Shown here piece after piece: positions 41,606 through 55,313 of a stretch of 64,000 bases of DNA. The notes under the pieces were generated by a model. It was not told the DNA's origin and did not search any database. It was given only the letters and a program-made list of their open reading frames with translations. Position 1 is the stretch's first letter; every line of letters starts with the position of its first letter. Where the stretch lies: the NCBI GenBank assembly GCA_951406725.2, contig OX597839.1, forward strand, positions 7,874,001 to 7,938,000. Direction: 5' to 3'. Origin of the DNA: Octopus vulgaris (lineage: Eukaryota). The position numbers and the translations under genes were made by a program.

Positions 41606-42675
41606 ATTTATTAAAATACACAGCAAGTAGCACTTAAGGGCGAACGTGTCAACTAAAAACTGTTCGGTTTATTCTTGAATTTCTATCAGGTGATGTTTAT
41701 TATGCAACTTCTTAATTACAACAAGAAGATAAAGGTGAGTGCGAAGTCGGTGTTAATAGATGCAGTTGGTTGTGGTGATGATGGTTCGTGCTGGTGATGG
41801 TGGTGATGGTTATGGTAGGGGTGGGTGGCGGTAATAGGTTTGTTGCAGTAATGATACCGGATATTCGTTGATTGTATACCGGGTAGAAGCGAAGGCTTTG
41901 ATGGTGGTGGTGGTGGAAGTGGTTTTGGTGGTGGTGGTGGTGGTGGTGGTGGTGGTGGTAGAGAAGGTGGTGTTGATGGTGACAAAGAGACGAGCAATGG
42001 TGACGCTGTTAAGGTGACGCTGGTTGAAGTGTCAAAAATAATAGGTCGCGGTTTTCGTGGTAACAGTGGTGGTGGTGGTGCTGGTGATGGTGGTGGTGGT
42101 GCTGGTGGTGGTGGTGGTGGTAGTGGTGGTGGTGGAAGCGGTGGTGGGTGTCATGGTATAGGTGATAGTCGTTGTAGCGGTGATGGGATCATGGTGGCGG
42201 TGTTGGAGATGGTGATGGCGATGGTGGTAATGATGATGATAATGGTGGTGTCGGTGGGATGATGATGATGGTGGTAAGGTGATGGTAGCGGTAATGGTAA
42301 TGATGTTTGTAGTGGGATCGATGATTGCAGGTTGGTGGTGGTGGTGGTGGTGGTGGTGGTGGTGGTGGTGGTGGTGGTGATGGTGACACTGGTGAGGGAA
42401 TTCCGACAATGGCGTCGATGGTGATAGGGGTGACGATGGTGTCGATGGTAGTTGACTTAGTGGTGGTGGTGGTGGTGGTGGTGGCAGTGTTGGTGGGGGT
42501 AGAAGTGGCAGTGGTGTATATAATAGTAGTAGTAATGGCTGTAGTAGCTTATGTCACAATGCCATCACCGTCCAAATATATTGATTATTAGGAAGAATTT
42601 GATATGGCACCACCGTTATTAGTTTTGGAAATTCCCAGAACACTGTATCTGTACAAATGTGTGTGTCTATGCGTG

Positions 42676-42749
<74 letters not shown>

Positions 42750-42945
42750 GTGTGCGCGCGAGTGCCTGTGTGTATGTAGGGATATGCATACGAGTGCATA
42801 TTCACTGTGTGTGTGTGTCGATGTAGGTGAGTTTATGCTTGGAAAAATATATCTGCATTAGTATGGTGCATGGTTGCATGTAAGTGCATATGTGTGAGTA
42901 TTTGTCACTACTGATGTGCTTGCAATTGCATAGATAGACAGATAG

Positions 42946-43004
<59 letters not shown>

Positions 43005-43005
43005 T

Positions 43006-43174
<169 letters not shown>

Positions 43175-43175
43175 T

Positions 43176-43279
<104 letters not shown>

Positions 43280-43319
43280 TGACGACAGACAGATATGACG
43301 ACAGACAGATAGATAGATA

Positions 43320-43556
43320 TGTTTCTTTATTAGCCATACAGGGCTGCACACAAACGGGACAGATTACAAAGTAGAACTTTTCTATAGGGGGAGAAAAAAA
43401 TGCGGGGTATGTTTTCGATCAAAAGGGATCGTTAAAGGGGGGGAAGCGATCAATACGGATCGTGTATCACAGAAATGTCATGATGTAAAGTGTAAAGGGG
43501 GAAGTAGATAAGGTCTATCTGTGGAAAGAAAAGCCTACGGAAAAGACCACGGTCAA
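43320..43556 (-). mobile_element. Probable LINE 3' UTR fragment ending at a (TATC)n array
   Basis: Minus strand ends TGTGTGCAGCCCTGTATGGCTAATAAAGAAAC, with AATAAA and similarity to the SINE B tail. Confidence 0.4.
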
Positions 43557-43644
43557 TATGTTAACACATTTGTTTGCAAGTAAGTAACCCTCTGTTTTAA
43601 TGTCTGCGCATCATCAACCACGGCATGCCCACGACCAAAATTAT

Positions 43645-43793
43645 TGGGTTCGAATTCCGCCAAGGAACACTTTGCCTTTCATCCTTTGGGGAGGGGGTTC
43701 GATAAAATAAGTACTAATTGAGCACTGAAGCCGACGTAACCGACTTAACTCTCCCCTCACATTGCTGACCTTGTGCCAAAATTTGAAACCAAT
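43645..43793 (+). mobile_element. Diverged SINE B
   Basis: GGGTTCGAATTCCGCC..TTTGCCTTTCATCCTTT..GATAAAATAAGTAC. Confidence 0.75.
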
Positions 43794-44192
43794 ATGTTTG
43801 ATACACTTTACCTCCTGACAATTATTCTAAAATAAAATTTACACCCCACGCATCAGCTTTGTTCAATAAATTTAGTTTAAATTTCAGCCATAATAAACAA
43901 CCGACAAAAGGAAATGTTGAAAAAACAGAAAACGCTTTTAAACATTATTAATTTAATTCCAAGTAACGACAACCATAAAGCATAATAATGCTATTTCCTA
44001 TATTTATGAATTAATGGTGAACAGATATCAAAACCAAACACAGACTATTCTACTATCAGTCTCAGTAATTAACAATTAAACAATAGAGATCGTTAAATTT
44101 AAAGTGATACTAGGAAAAAATGTAGCATTCTTTTACAAAATAAGCCTACTTAATATTATTCAAATTTAGATTTTCTAAAATTTTAATTGAAA

Positions 44193-44330
44193 TAGACGCA
44201 GGCCTGGATGTATGGTTTGGAGTTTGCTTCCAAAGTACATGGTTCCAGGTTCAGCCCCACCCCCGAGGCACCAACCAAAACCTTGTAAGTGTATTTGGTA
44301 GATGGAAATTAAAACGAGCCCGTCATATAT
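44193..44330 (+). mobile_element. SINE A, 5' half (diverged)
   Basis: Homology to the A head. Confidence 0.75.
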
Positions 44331-44352
44331 ATATATATATAAATATATATAT

Positions 44353-44603
44353 CTAATGAGGATAAAATTTCTTTCGAAATATTAAATAATACCTTAAACG
44401 GTTAAATTTATAAACAATTCATAAATGAGGGCAAAGGAAAAAATTTTCTAATGCCAAATATGCCGAAAAATTGGACATATTGTCCATTAACCATATAATT
44501 TTTTCACAATACGCACGCTACTTGAAAAAAGGTCGACAGACATTTCTAAAAGATTCCATTATTACCATATCGGACCGATTTCAGAGTTAGCTAATAAGAG
44601 CCC
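44353..44603. mobile_element. TA-embedded island related to 12559-12628
   Basis: Flanked by (TA)n; shares a ~70-bp segment. Confidence 0.6.
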
Positions 44604-44621
44604 TATATATATATATATATA

Positions 44622-44842
44622 TACTCTTTTACTTGTTTCAGTCATTTGACTGTGGCCATGCTGGAGCACCGTCTTTGGTCGAGTAAATCGACACAGGACT
44701 TATTCTTTGGATGCCTAGTACTTATTCTATCGGTCTCTTTTGCCGAACTGCTAATTTACGAGGACGTAAACATACCAGCATCGGTTGTCAAGCGAAGCGG
44801 GGGGGGGGGGCAAACACATACACACAAACATACACATACAAA

Positions 44843-44885
<43 letters not shown>
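44622..44885 (-). mobile_element. SINE A, 3' half
   Basis: Reverse-complement homology. Confidence 0.85.
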
Positions 44886-44896
<11 letters not shown>

Positions 44897-45067
44897 ATCT
44901 GTTTTTTATATAAATTTTCATCTGTCCTGCCCGCCAAATTTGGTTCTGGTGTTCGCTGAATTTTTCCTCTAGAGAATTCCTTTGTAGTTTGATCGTTGAT
45001 GATCTATTTCTAGCATACGGCCGACTACCTAGCAGTGAAGCCCTGCCAATATACACCTATATATATA

Positions 45068-46296
45068 TTGGATCATCCCATGACTAATGCATTTTTTTAC
45101 TTGTTTTTATGTTTCAAAATTAAGATAAACAATGTTCCTTTTTAATCTAAAATATACTCTCGTTCATTTCCTACAATGCTCTTCTACCTATCTGGTAGAC
45201 TCGCAAGGCCCCACTTCTAAAATCCTCTTGTCCGTGACGAAAAATTCTCCTCCAGTACTATTCTGCCCTCATCTACAGAATTCATATTTTCCGTCCAAAT
45301 GATTTTGAAGACTGCAGAATAAATGATAATCAGATGGGGCAATGTCCGGCGAATATGGTGGACATATTCAAACTGCTCCAGTCTTTGGAATGTCCTCCTA
45401 GCCGTATGTAGGCGAGCATTGTCCCGATGGAAGAATACCTTTCGTCTTGAAACCAAAGATGGTAGTTTTTCATCTAGTGCTGCTCGCAGTAGATCTGCTT
45501 TGTTAGCGTTTGGTTTGGGTTTTAAAATTCAGAGTGGGCTGAACCTTTCATATTCCACCAAACAGATAAGAAAACCTTACGTAGTTGAAGACCTTCTTTA
45601 ACCTGGGGTGTCGGTGTTTCTCCTTTCGCTACCCATTGTCTTCGACGCTTGACATTTTGATAGAGAACCCATTTCTTATCACCAGTCACTATTCGGTCCA
45701 AAAAAGGTTCATTCGTGAGACATGACAGCAAAAAAGAACACACATTCACTCTTTGCGCGCGATTAGAGACGGAAAGTTTGTGAGGAACCCGTTGAGCCAA
45801 TTTGCTGACTTTTCCGATGGCACGCAGGAGTTGCTGAATCGTTGAATGACCAAATGCAAGCTTCTCTACTAGTTCCTCAACAGTTACGATGGAATTTTGT
45901 GTCAACAGGGTTTGCAGTATGTCCTCATCGAGCTAACAGATCTTCCAGTACAAGGCTTATCTTCTAGGCTGTAGTTTCCGACTCGGAATTTCTGGCACCA
46001 CCGTTGACAGTGGTTTACGCTTATTGTCCGATCCTCATATACTGCATTAATATTCCTCGCACTTTCCGTTGCGTTGTTGCCTCTATTGAATTCATAAAGC
46101 AAAATGTGCCGAATATGCTTCTCTGACACTTCCATTATAGCTTTGAAAAAATAACTGTTAAAATCGAACTACACTTTCCAAGACTTGAACTAAGAATAAG
46201 GACAAGGCATAGCTACTACACGCTTTTATAGCAAGTTGATACAGTTTATTCCCTCCTCCTCTGAATTTTAGTGCATGCAACCAAAAAAACAGCATT
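45068..46296 (-). mobile_element. Decayed mariner (Tc1/mariner, D,D34D-type) transposon
   Basis: Frameshifted transposase: HIRHILLYEF HTH region, RVPHKL (WVPHEL-like), IVTGDKKWVLYQN, FHRDNA, YSPDIAPSDYHL; TA then TTGGATCATCCCA terminus; other TIR eroded. Confidence 0.92.
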
Positions 46297-46828
46297 TTGT
46301 TCCCATTAAGGTTGCGGGCTGGCAGAATGGTTAGCACGCCAGGCAAAATGCTTAGCGACATTTCGCCCGTCTTTACGTAATATAATATATATATATTACG
46401 GAGATTTACTTGCATAGCAAGTGACCTGATCTGAGGTCGTGTGCTGGAACGAAAACAATTGCAGCGAGGGAAGTGTTTATAAACCATTTAAGAAACACAC
46501 AAAAAACCGTTAGATTCACTTCAATTGCGAGTTAATTCATTCAGTTAAAATTTCTTCAAGGCGGTGCTCCAGCATGGCTACAGTCTAAAAGATGAAAAAA
46601 TATAGATTAGTTATTCTCTGTCTCTTCATTAATGTAAATACTTCGCGACTTGTACCGACACGAGGCAACAAAAAAGAAAATTTATTCAAGATGACGCAGA
46701 GCAGAACCGAACGCGCATTTCATGTTTGCAAAGTACACTTCTTAACCACTCTGCCAAGCCATGATTCAACACATATTTGTGTGAGTGTGCGCGTGTGTGT
46801 ATTCATGCGTGTGTTTGCATGACTGTAT

Positions 46829-46934
46829 TTATGTATGTATGTATGTATGTATGTATGTATGTATGTATGTATGTATGTATGTATATATGTATGTATGTAT
46901 GTATATATGTATGTATGCATATATGTATGTATGC

Positions 46935-46967
<33 letters not shown>

Positions 46968-47760
46968 TGTATGTATATATGTATGTATGTATGTATATAT
47001 GTTTGTATATACGTATGTATGTTATGTATGTATATATATATGTATGTACATATGTATGTATGTATGTATGTATATATGTATGTATGTATGTATATATGTA
47101 TGTATGTATGTATGTATATATGTATGTATGTATGCATGTATGTATGTATATATGTATGTATGTATGTATGTATATATGTATATGTGTATATATGTATGTA
47201 TATATGTATGTATGTTATGTATGCATGCATGTATGTATATATGTATATATGTATGTATGTATATATGTATGTATGTATATATGTATGTATGTATATATGT
47301 ATATATGTATATATGTATGTATATATGTATGTATGTTATGTATGCATGCATGTATGTATGCATGTATGTATGTATGTATGTATGTATGTATGTATGTTAT
47401 GTATGTATGTATGCATGTATGTATATATGTATGTATCTATGTATATATGTATGTATGTATATATGTATGTATATATGTATGTATATATGTATGTATGTAT
47501 ATATGTATGTATGTATATATATATGTATGTATGTATATATGTATGTATGTATGTATATATGTATGTATATATGTATGTATGTTATGTATGTATGTATGTA
47601 TGTATGTATATATGTATATATGTATGTATGTATATATGTATGTATATATGTATGTATATATGTATGTATGTATGTATGTATATATGTATGTATATGTATG
47701 TATGTATGCGTGTGTGTGTATGTGTATTTGTGTGACTTTGTGTGAGTGTGTATGTGTGTG
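46829..47760. repeat. ~900-bp compound (TATG)n/(TA)n array
   Basis: Direct reading; source of the 316-354 aa MYVC ORFs. Confidence 0.95.
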
Positions 47761-48376
47761 TTTCTGTGTATGTGTGTTGATATTTGTCTCGTTCTCTAAT
47801 TCCATTCTCCTTATTTATGATATATTCTGTAAAATAATGATAATAGACGAGAATGACGACGATGATTATATAGATAATGATAATTGGGATGATAATTAAC
47901 TTAATTATGATGGGCGCTATAATAGCAGCCATGTTGCTCCTCTTCTTCTCTTTCTTCTTCTTCTTCTTGTTGACGTTGGCATTATTGTCTTTGCCACGGT
48001 TAGTTGTTGTTTTCAAAAGACCAGAGACAGCACAGATGAATCACAAAGCGATGATCTTAGCCGACTGACTGACTCATAATGGCTGGCAAATATTGTAAAT
48101 AATGTCTGCAGACAGAGCAACAGGAATGGTAAAGTGTACCACCCAAGAGTTGGGTCTCTACGTTATGTAAATGGATAGACACGCAAACACACACACATAA
48201 ATTACTTTTTACATATATACACATGTTTTATATACACACACACACACACACACGCACAGACACATATGTCTGAAACGTCGTACACACTCTTTTTTTCCAT
48301 CTTAAACTGAGCGTCAAACTAATGCATTCTCTGTGTATGTCCATTTGACGTTTGTTTTGTTTTTGTTTTTGATCTG

Positions 48377-48440
<64 letters not shown>

Positions 48441-48664
48441 AATATATACATACATACATACATACATACAAGCATACATACATACCTATATGCATATATA
48501 TATGTTGTGCATGTATAAATATATGTATATATATGTATGTATATATATATATATGTATATATATGTTTATGTATATATATATATGTATATAATATATATA
48601 TATAATATATATATAAATGTATATAAATATACATTTATATAGACAAGCAGGCAGACAGAAAGAG

Positions 48665-48731
<67 letters not shown>

Positions 48732-49294
48732 TTCATGCATATACACACATATGTATATACATATACACACACAGATATATATATATATGTATATATATAT
48801 GTATGGATATATATATATATATTACATAAATATATATATATATATTACATATATATATGCATATGTGTATTTATGAATATACGGGCACGGACACACATGT
48901 TTATATATACATATATGTCTGTATATATGGTGTGTGTGTGTGTGTGTGTGTGTGTATACAAAAGAAAAAGGAGAAAATTCGTAATACATGCATACATATG
49001 CATATATACATACATATTTCTATATGCATATTTATAAACATATACATACCCATATACGATATAAATATTCTGTAAATATATATTTATATATACACGTGTG
49101 CGCATGTAAATGTACGTCTACACACATACACACACAGAGACACGCATATACTGGTTTATCTATTTATTATATAATCCATACATATATACATTCGTAATAT
49201 CTGGCGTACATGAATATGTATGTATATGATTGAAGTACGAGTGCAAGGGCTATAACAACAAGCGATGTTAATGCCACGAACATGACCACGATCA

Positions 49295-49502
49295 GTAGTG
49301 GTGGTAGTAGTAGTAGTAGTAGGATGATGATGATGATGATGGTGGTGATGATGATGATTATGATGATGATGATGATGATGGTGGTGGTGTGATGATGATG
49401 ATTATGATTATGATGATGACGATGATGATGATGGTGGTGGTGATGATGATGATTATGATTATGATGATGATGACGATGACGATGATGATGGTGGTGGTGA
49501 TG

Positions 49503-49534
<32 letters not shown>

Positions 49535-49571
49535 GATGATGATGATTATGATGATGATGGTGATGATTATG

Positions 49572-49603
<32 letters not shown>

Positions 49604-49661
49604 GATGATGATTATGATGATAATGATGATGATGATGATGATCATGATCATGATTATTATG

Positions 49662-49692
<31 letters not shown>

Positions 49693-49708
49693 TGATGGTG
49701 ATGATGAC

Positions 49709-49776
<68 letters not shown>

Positions 49777-50460
49777 CATAACTCAAGAACCGAATTGAGC
49801 ATTAGCTTTCGAAAATCCCAACGGTGCTTTTGTTCCCTGCAATCGTTCCTTGCTGCTGCTGTTGTTGTTGTTGTTGATGTTGGTGTTGTTTGTGTTGTTG
49901 TTGTTATTGCTGTTTCTGTTTTGTTGCCAGTGTTTGTTATTCTTGTTATTATTGATAGTGTTGTTGTTGTTGTTGTTGTTGTTATTGGTGGTGTCGGTGG
50001 TGGTGTCGATGGTGGTGTCGGTGGTGGTGTCGGTGGTGGTGTCGGTGGTGGTGTCGGTGGTGGTGGTGGTGATGGTGTCGGTGGTGGTGTCGGTGGTGGT
50101 GTCGGTGGTGGTGTCGGTGGTGGTGGTGTTAGCGTTTGGGTTCCTGTAATCTTTGCCGTTGTTCTTGCCGTTGCTTGTGTTGTTGTCGTTGTTGTTGTTG
50201 TTTTCGTTATTGTTGTTGTTTACGTTGTTGTTGTTGTTGTAGTTGTTGATAATGGTAATGTTAGTCTTTTTGTCCCTGCAATGTTAGTTTTTTTTTGTTT
50301 CTATTTATGCTGTTTTTGTTGTCTGTTGTTGTTTTCCTTATTTTTGTTATTTATGTTGCTTTTGTCGGTGGTGCTATTAGTGTTTTTGTTCCTGTAACCG
50401 TCGTTTGTTGTTATTGTTGTTGTAGTTGTTGTTATTGTTGTTAAGGGTAGCAATAATGAT
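49295..50460. repeat. (GAT)n, (GTT)n and 12-bp GGTGGTGGTGTC arrays
   Basis: Direct reading. Confidence 0.92.
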
Positions 50461-50723
50461 GATGTCAGAGTCTGCTGCATCAATAATAAAAAAAATAAAT
50501 AAAGATGGCATTTGAAGAAATTCATATCAAGCGATACCCTGAGTGTTGCTATTAATCGTTTGGAACTTCTCCCTGCTTATAAATAGGTTCTTTCGGTTCA
50601 ATCCCAAGTCAGTTTTAATACAGCTGACCAATCTATCCATGACCATCTCGTCTGTTTAATGCGATTATAGCTTGTACAGTCAATCGCCACTCGCGAGTGT
50701 ATATAACTTGATAACACGTACTG

Positions 50724-51005
50724 TTGTTTGTTCCTTCTCGAGCCATGCCTGGCTCATAAGGGGCCGGTTTCCCGGTTTCCTTGGCGTATAGGTTCCCCAC
50801 CTGGACGGGACGCCGGTCCGCCGCAGGTGAGCTGCAAGATGCAGGAGGAAAGAGTGAGAGAAAGTTGTGGCGAAAGAGTCAGTAGAAGTTTCGCCATTAC
50901 CTTCTGCCGGAGCCGCGCGGAGCTTAGGTGTTTCGCTCATAAAAACACACATCGCCCGGTCTGAGATTCGAACCCGCGATCCCTCGACTGCGAGTCCGCC
51001 TCCTC
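50724..51005 (-). mobile_element. SINE family D, tail type 2
   Basis: TSD GATAAC(A/C)CGTACTG at 50710-50723 and 51006-51019. Confidence 0.9.
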
Positions 51006-51244
51006 GATAACCCGTACTGAGCTTTCACTAATCGTCTTAGATGCTTTTGTACTCGCGAACAGACAGACACCATTCAGCTTGCTCATCTTTCATCCAACCA
51101 AACGAATATTCTGGATGAGGCAACTTGAAGGCGGGAGAGACTGCTCAGCCACCACCTGGTTCGAGTTCTGCGGCTGAAAAACCAGGAGGAAAATAAAGTG
51201 ACATGTTTAAGGACATGTAGTGACGCTATTTTTGGAAATTTTCA

Positions 51245-51310
51245 GCGCGCATGCGCAGAATTGGATTACTTCCGGTAGGCCGCCGGAATTTCCCTCATGC
51301 GTATGCGCAG
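51245..51310. promoter_or_regulatory. CpG-rich cluster of NRF1-like and ETS-like motifs
   Basis: GCGCATGCGCA 51247-51257, ACTTCCGG 51268-51275, CCGGAA 51283-51288, TGCGTATGCGCA 51298-51309. Confidence 0.35.
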
Positions 51311-52030
51311 AGAACTGCAAACTGAAAGCGTTCCCGCTAAATTTGTCCCGTTCTGAATCAGCAACCCTACCGAGTGGACGTGACCAACCTTCTCTCAGGA
51401 AAAACCCTACATATAGAGAAGCTCTTTTCTAAGCGGGAACGGAGACGGTAACTTTGGCTCACACAAGTGAACATTTGTGAACAGTCTTGTGGACTGGGCT
51501 ACCAGTTCGCCCTTAAAGAAAATATATGTGTGTATATTTTTTTTTATTTGCGAAACTCGGAAAAATAAAGTATTATTTATTGCTTTTGAAGACAGCCGAA
51601 TTTTGGTTCTCCCTTCAACAATTGTATGTGACAAGATTAGACAGACACCCCTCAAGTGTTCCTTGATGCTGAGAAAAAGGAAATGGTAATGGCTGGAACG
51701 CTTTTAGTTTCAAGGGTGCATGTTGAGAATAAGCACCTCGACCACCACTACCACCTCCTTTATCAGCAACAACAATAGGAGTCGATGAGGGAGCCTATAC
51801 ATGGTTGTTTAATTTGCTTAGAAACGGCAGCCAAATCTGCCTCAAATCAAAGCCTTGTCTTAAAGAAATGTATGCAGCGGGTGATATGTAACCTCTTTAG
51901 CCACCCTTAAAAAGATGAGTTTCTCGTAATAGGGTTGGGTGGGGGACAGGAATTTGAACACAAATTCGCTCGATCAGCATTAACCAAGGGCTAACGAATA
52001 ACTACTAATACTACGGCTATTACGACTAGT

Positions 52031-52548
52031 GATGTGATGTGACCTCCTTCGGTCATGAATGACCATGGAATTGCACCTAGAAAGCTACCTTCCGAGGTAC
52101 AAGTCTGGGCAATGTTGTTTATTGAAGACCAGCAGTCGCCCACGCATACCAGCCACCCTATCTACGCCACCGATGCTATCCAAGGGAAAGGCAAAGGCCA
52201 ATACAGCTTGGCACCATTGACGTCGCAGCTCATTTATTAAAGTGCAAGTGGCTGAGTACCTCACAGATACGTGTACCCTTAACGTAGTTCCCGGGGAGAT
52301 TCAGCGTGACACAGAGTGTGACAAGAGCTGGCCCTTTGAAATACAAGTACAACAGAAACAGGAAGAAAGAGTGAGAGAACGTTGTGGTGAAAGAGTACGG
52401 CAGGGTTCACCACCACCCTTACCGGAGCTTCGTGGAGCTTTAGGTGTTTTCGCTCAATAAACACTCACAATGCCCGGTCTGGGAATCGAAACCGCGATCC
52501 TACGACCACGAGTCCGCTGCTCTAACCACTGGGCCATTGCGCCTCCAC
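52031..52548 (-). mobile_element. SINE D head and body fused to a third, RTE-UTR-like tail
   Basis: 12-bp TSD ATTACGACTAGT at 52019-52030 and 52549-52560 bounds the whole composite. Confidence 0.85.
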
Positions 52549-52943
52549 ATTACGACTAGTACAACTAGTACATCAGGATCAATTTCGTCATCGCATTATC
52601 CCCATCATCATCATCATTATTATCATAACCATCATTATCATCATCTTCGATGTCGTTCCCGCCGTTGCCATCATAATCACCACCACCACCACCACCACCA
52701 CCAGCAACAACAACAACAACATCATCATTGTCAAAACAACAACGGCAACAATAACGGCAACGACAATGATGTCCCCTCTTTTAGGTTTCAAATGACACCG
52801 GAAGAAGGCAATCCCCGGTTACGTTCAGAGTCAACATAATTAATGATATAAATATCATCATCAACATTTCATCATCATCATCATCATTGTCATCATCACC
52901 AACATCACTATCACTAACATCATCGTCATGGTCGTCGTCGCCG

Positions 52944-52979
<36 letters not shown>

Positions 52980-53288
52980 TTATCATTTCTCGAATTCCCC
53001 CGGAAGGATGGAAGCTGCCGCGATGCATTTTAAACTCAGAATGTAAAATGGAGGCGAATCGTGACTTAATGCAGTAAATAATGCGGATGCTGTTTTACGA
53101 CCACTCCCGCCACGACCCCCCACCACCACCACCACCACCACGAGCAACAACAAAAACAGAAGCAAAACACCATGACCATCACCACAAAAAAAAAACAACC
53201 ATCACTAACATCATCCCCCACACACACCACCACCACCAACACATCCCCAACAACCACTAGTATCAGCAATGACAACAGCAACATCAGT

Positions 53289-53618
53289 AGAGGCGCAATG
53301 GCCCAGTGGTTAGGGAAGCGGACTCGCGGGTCGTAAGAACGCGGTTTCTATTCCCTGACCGGGAATTGTGAGTGTTTATTGAGCAAAAAGACCTAAGGGT
53401 CTGTGGTGTATATGTTTGAGTGTCTGTGTCTGTGCCCCCAACATCGCTTGACAACCGATGCTGGTGTGTTTACGTCCCCGTAACTTAGCGGTTCGCAAAA
53501 GAGACACCGATAGAATAAGTACTAGGCTTACAAAGAATAAGTTCTGGGGTCGATTTGCTCGACTAAAGGCGGTGCTCCAGCATGGCCACAGTCAAATGAC
53601 TGAAGCTGGTAAAAGAGT
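53289..53618 (+). mobile_element. Chimera: SINE D head (53289-53398) plus SINE A 3' half
   Basis: GGCGCAATGGCCCAGTGG head followed by CATCGCTTGACAACCGATGCTGG..GCTCCAGCATGGCC. Confidence 0.8.
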
Positions 53619-54387
53619 ACTTCCAATATTCGTACAAGCGTATTACTCTACTATAACTAATTACCTTTCATTTATATCTACTTTACATATTCCAGACGTT
53701 TCTAACGGCTTTTAGTAGTTCAATACTTCTAATTAACAAGCAGAATCCTAAGATACTAATAATCTTCATTTAAGAACCATATTTTTCAATTTATAATTCC
53801 AAGCTTAGAAGTAATTAGTCTCACACATTTTTGCTAATGCACCAACCATTTACGAGATTCTTTTAAAGGAAATAAATTTACAGGAGGTCATGCTTTCTAC
53901 GATATCTACAAATAAAATTGGTTTAGAAGCGGGCATTCACGCGCATATACAACTGTACATACGTTTACTCATTAAGTTCAATACGTTTTATCCGCATGGA
54001 AGACCTTGAGCTGGCAGAAACGTTAGCACGCCGGGCGAAATGCTTAGCGGCATTTCGTTTGCCGCTACGTTCTGGGTTCAAATTCCGCCAATTGATTGGA
54101 AAGCATGCTTCGTAACCACACAGCCATACCTGCACCGACATAAATATTCTTACTATTTTTTCACCTTTACGCCCTTCTCTCTATATACCTGTCTATTGAC
54201 CTTTGAAATTATTTCGTTTCTTCACCTTTAATCATTTAGTTATTACACTACCTCAAATGAAATGCATTCCCGTTCTTATCAAATTCTAAATATCATCGCA
54301 CCTACTGCATTGTGTTGATGAGATTTCGCTCTCACAATATATATACATACATACATATAAATACATACATACATACATATAAATACA

Positions 54388-54423
<36 letters not shown>

Positions 54424-54434
54424 TATATATACAT

Positions 54435-54622
54435 AAAATAGTAAATACCCCCCATCCCCCCAAAAAAAAGAGAACAGACGCACAAAAAAAAAAACGGGAG
54501 GACGTGGTACATGTAAAGTATTAGCAGACGCTCGGCGAAGGAAAGACAGATGGTTTAACGTTTCGAGCAGAGCTCTTCTTCAGAAAAGTAAGACGGAGGA
54601 AGAAAATCGCCAACGATTCACA
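54435..54622 (-). mobile_element. H1 mini-element next to (TA)n
   Basis: Homologous to 58572-58774. Confidence 0.7.
54554..54586 (-). ncRNA. Minimal type-I hammerhead (canonical CUGAAGA core)
   Basis: Minus strand TTT-CTGAAGA-A-GAGC(TCT)GCTC-GAA-ACGT-T-AAA. Confidence 0.65.
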
Positions 54623-54722
54623 TGTTATTTACAGTGTCACTGACGAAGAGGTTACCCATTAGAGCCATATGGCAGTAACAAACGCAATAGGATTCAGACT
54701 GAATATGAGGGCATGTTTTATA

Positions 54723-54832
54723 TACAATATTCTTTCGACTATCGCGGGTGTTACATTCTGAAAACAGCTCGATAGGAGAAAATCCGCGAAGTAGAAACAG
54801 TACTGTACCGTATATTATTATTATTATTATTA

Positions 54833-54927
<95 letters not shown>

Positions 54928-55313
54928 GTTGTTGTTTTTGTTGTTGTTATTATTGTTATTATTATTATCATTGTTATTATTGTTATTATTATTGTTGTTA
55001 TTATCATTATTGTTGTTGTTATTATTATTATTATTGTTGTTGTTGTTATTATTATTATTGTTATTGTTATTATTATTATAGTTATTATTATTGTTATTGT
55101 TATTATTATTGTTGTTATTGTTATTATTATTAGTATTGTTATTGTTATTGTTGTTGTTGTTGTTGTTATTATTGTTATTATTATTATGTGTATCTATTTA
55201 TTTTATTATAAATGCAAAACAACACCACGGAGGAATCGACGTAAGCGTAAATAATAAAACGCGATAGGTGAACCGCGATAGATGGAACCGCGATATGGTG
55301 AGGGATTATTGTA
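54723..55313. mobile_element. Tigger/pogo-like MITE with an internal (ATT/GTT)n expansion
   Basis: TA-flanked imperfect TIRs CAATATTCTTTCGACTATCGCGG / CCGCGATATGGTGAGGGATTATTG. Confidence 0.65.

Noticed and set aside
46397-46525. TA-adjacent segment that may be a repeat
   Set aside because: Single copy in the window with no diagnostic termini or ribozyme motif
46777-47899. Three 316-354 aa ORFs
   Set aside because: (TATG)n microsatellite read-through
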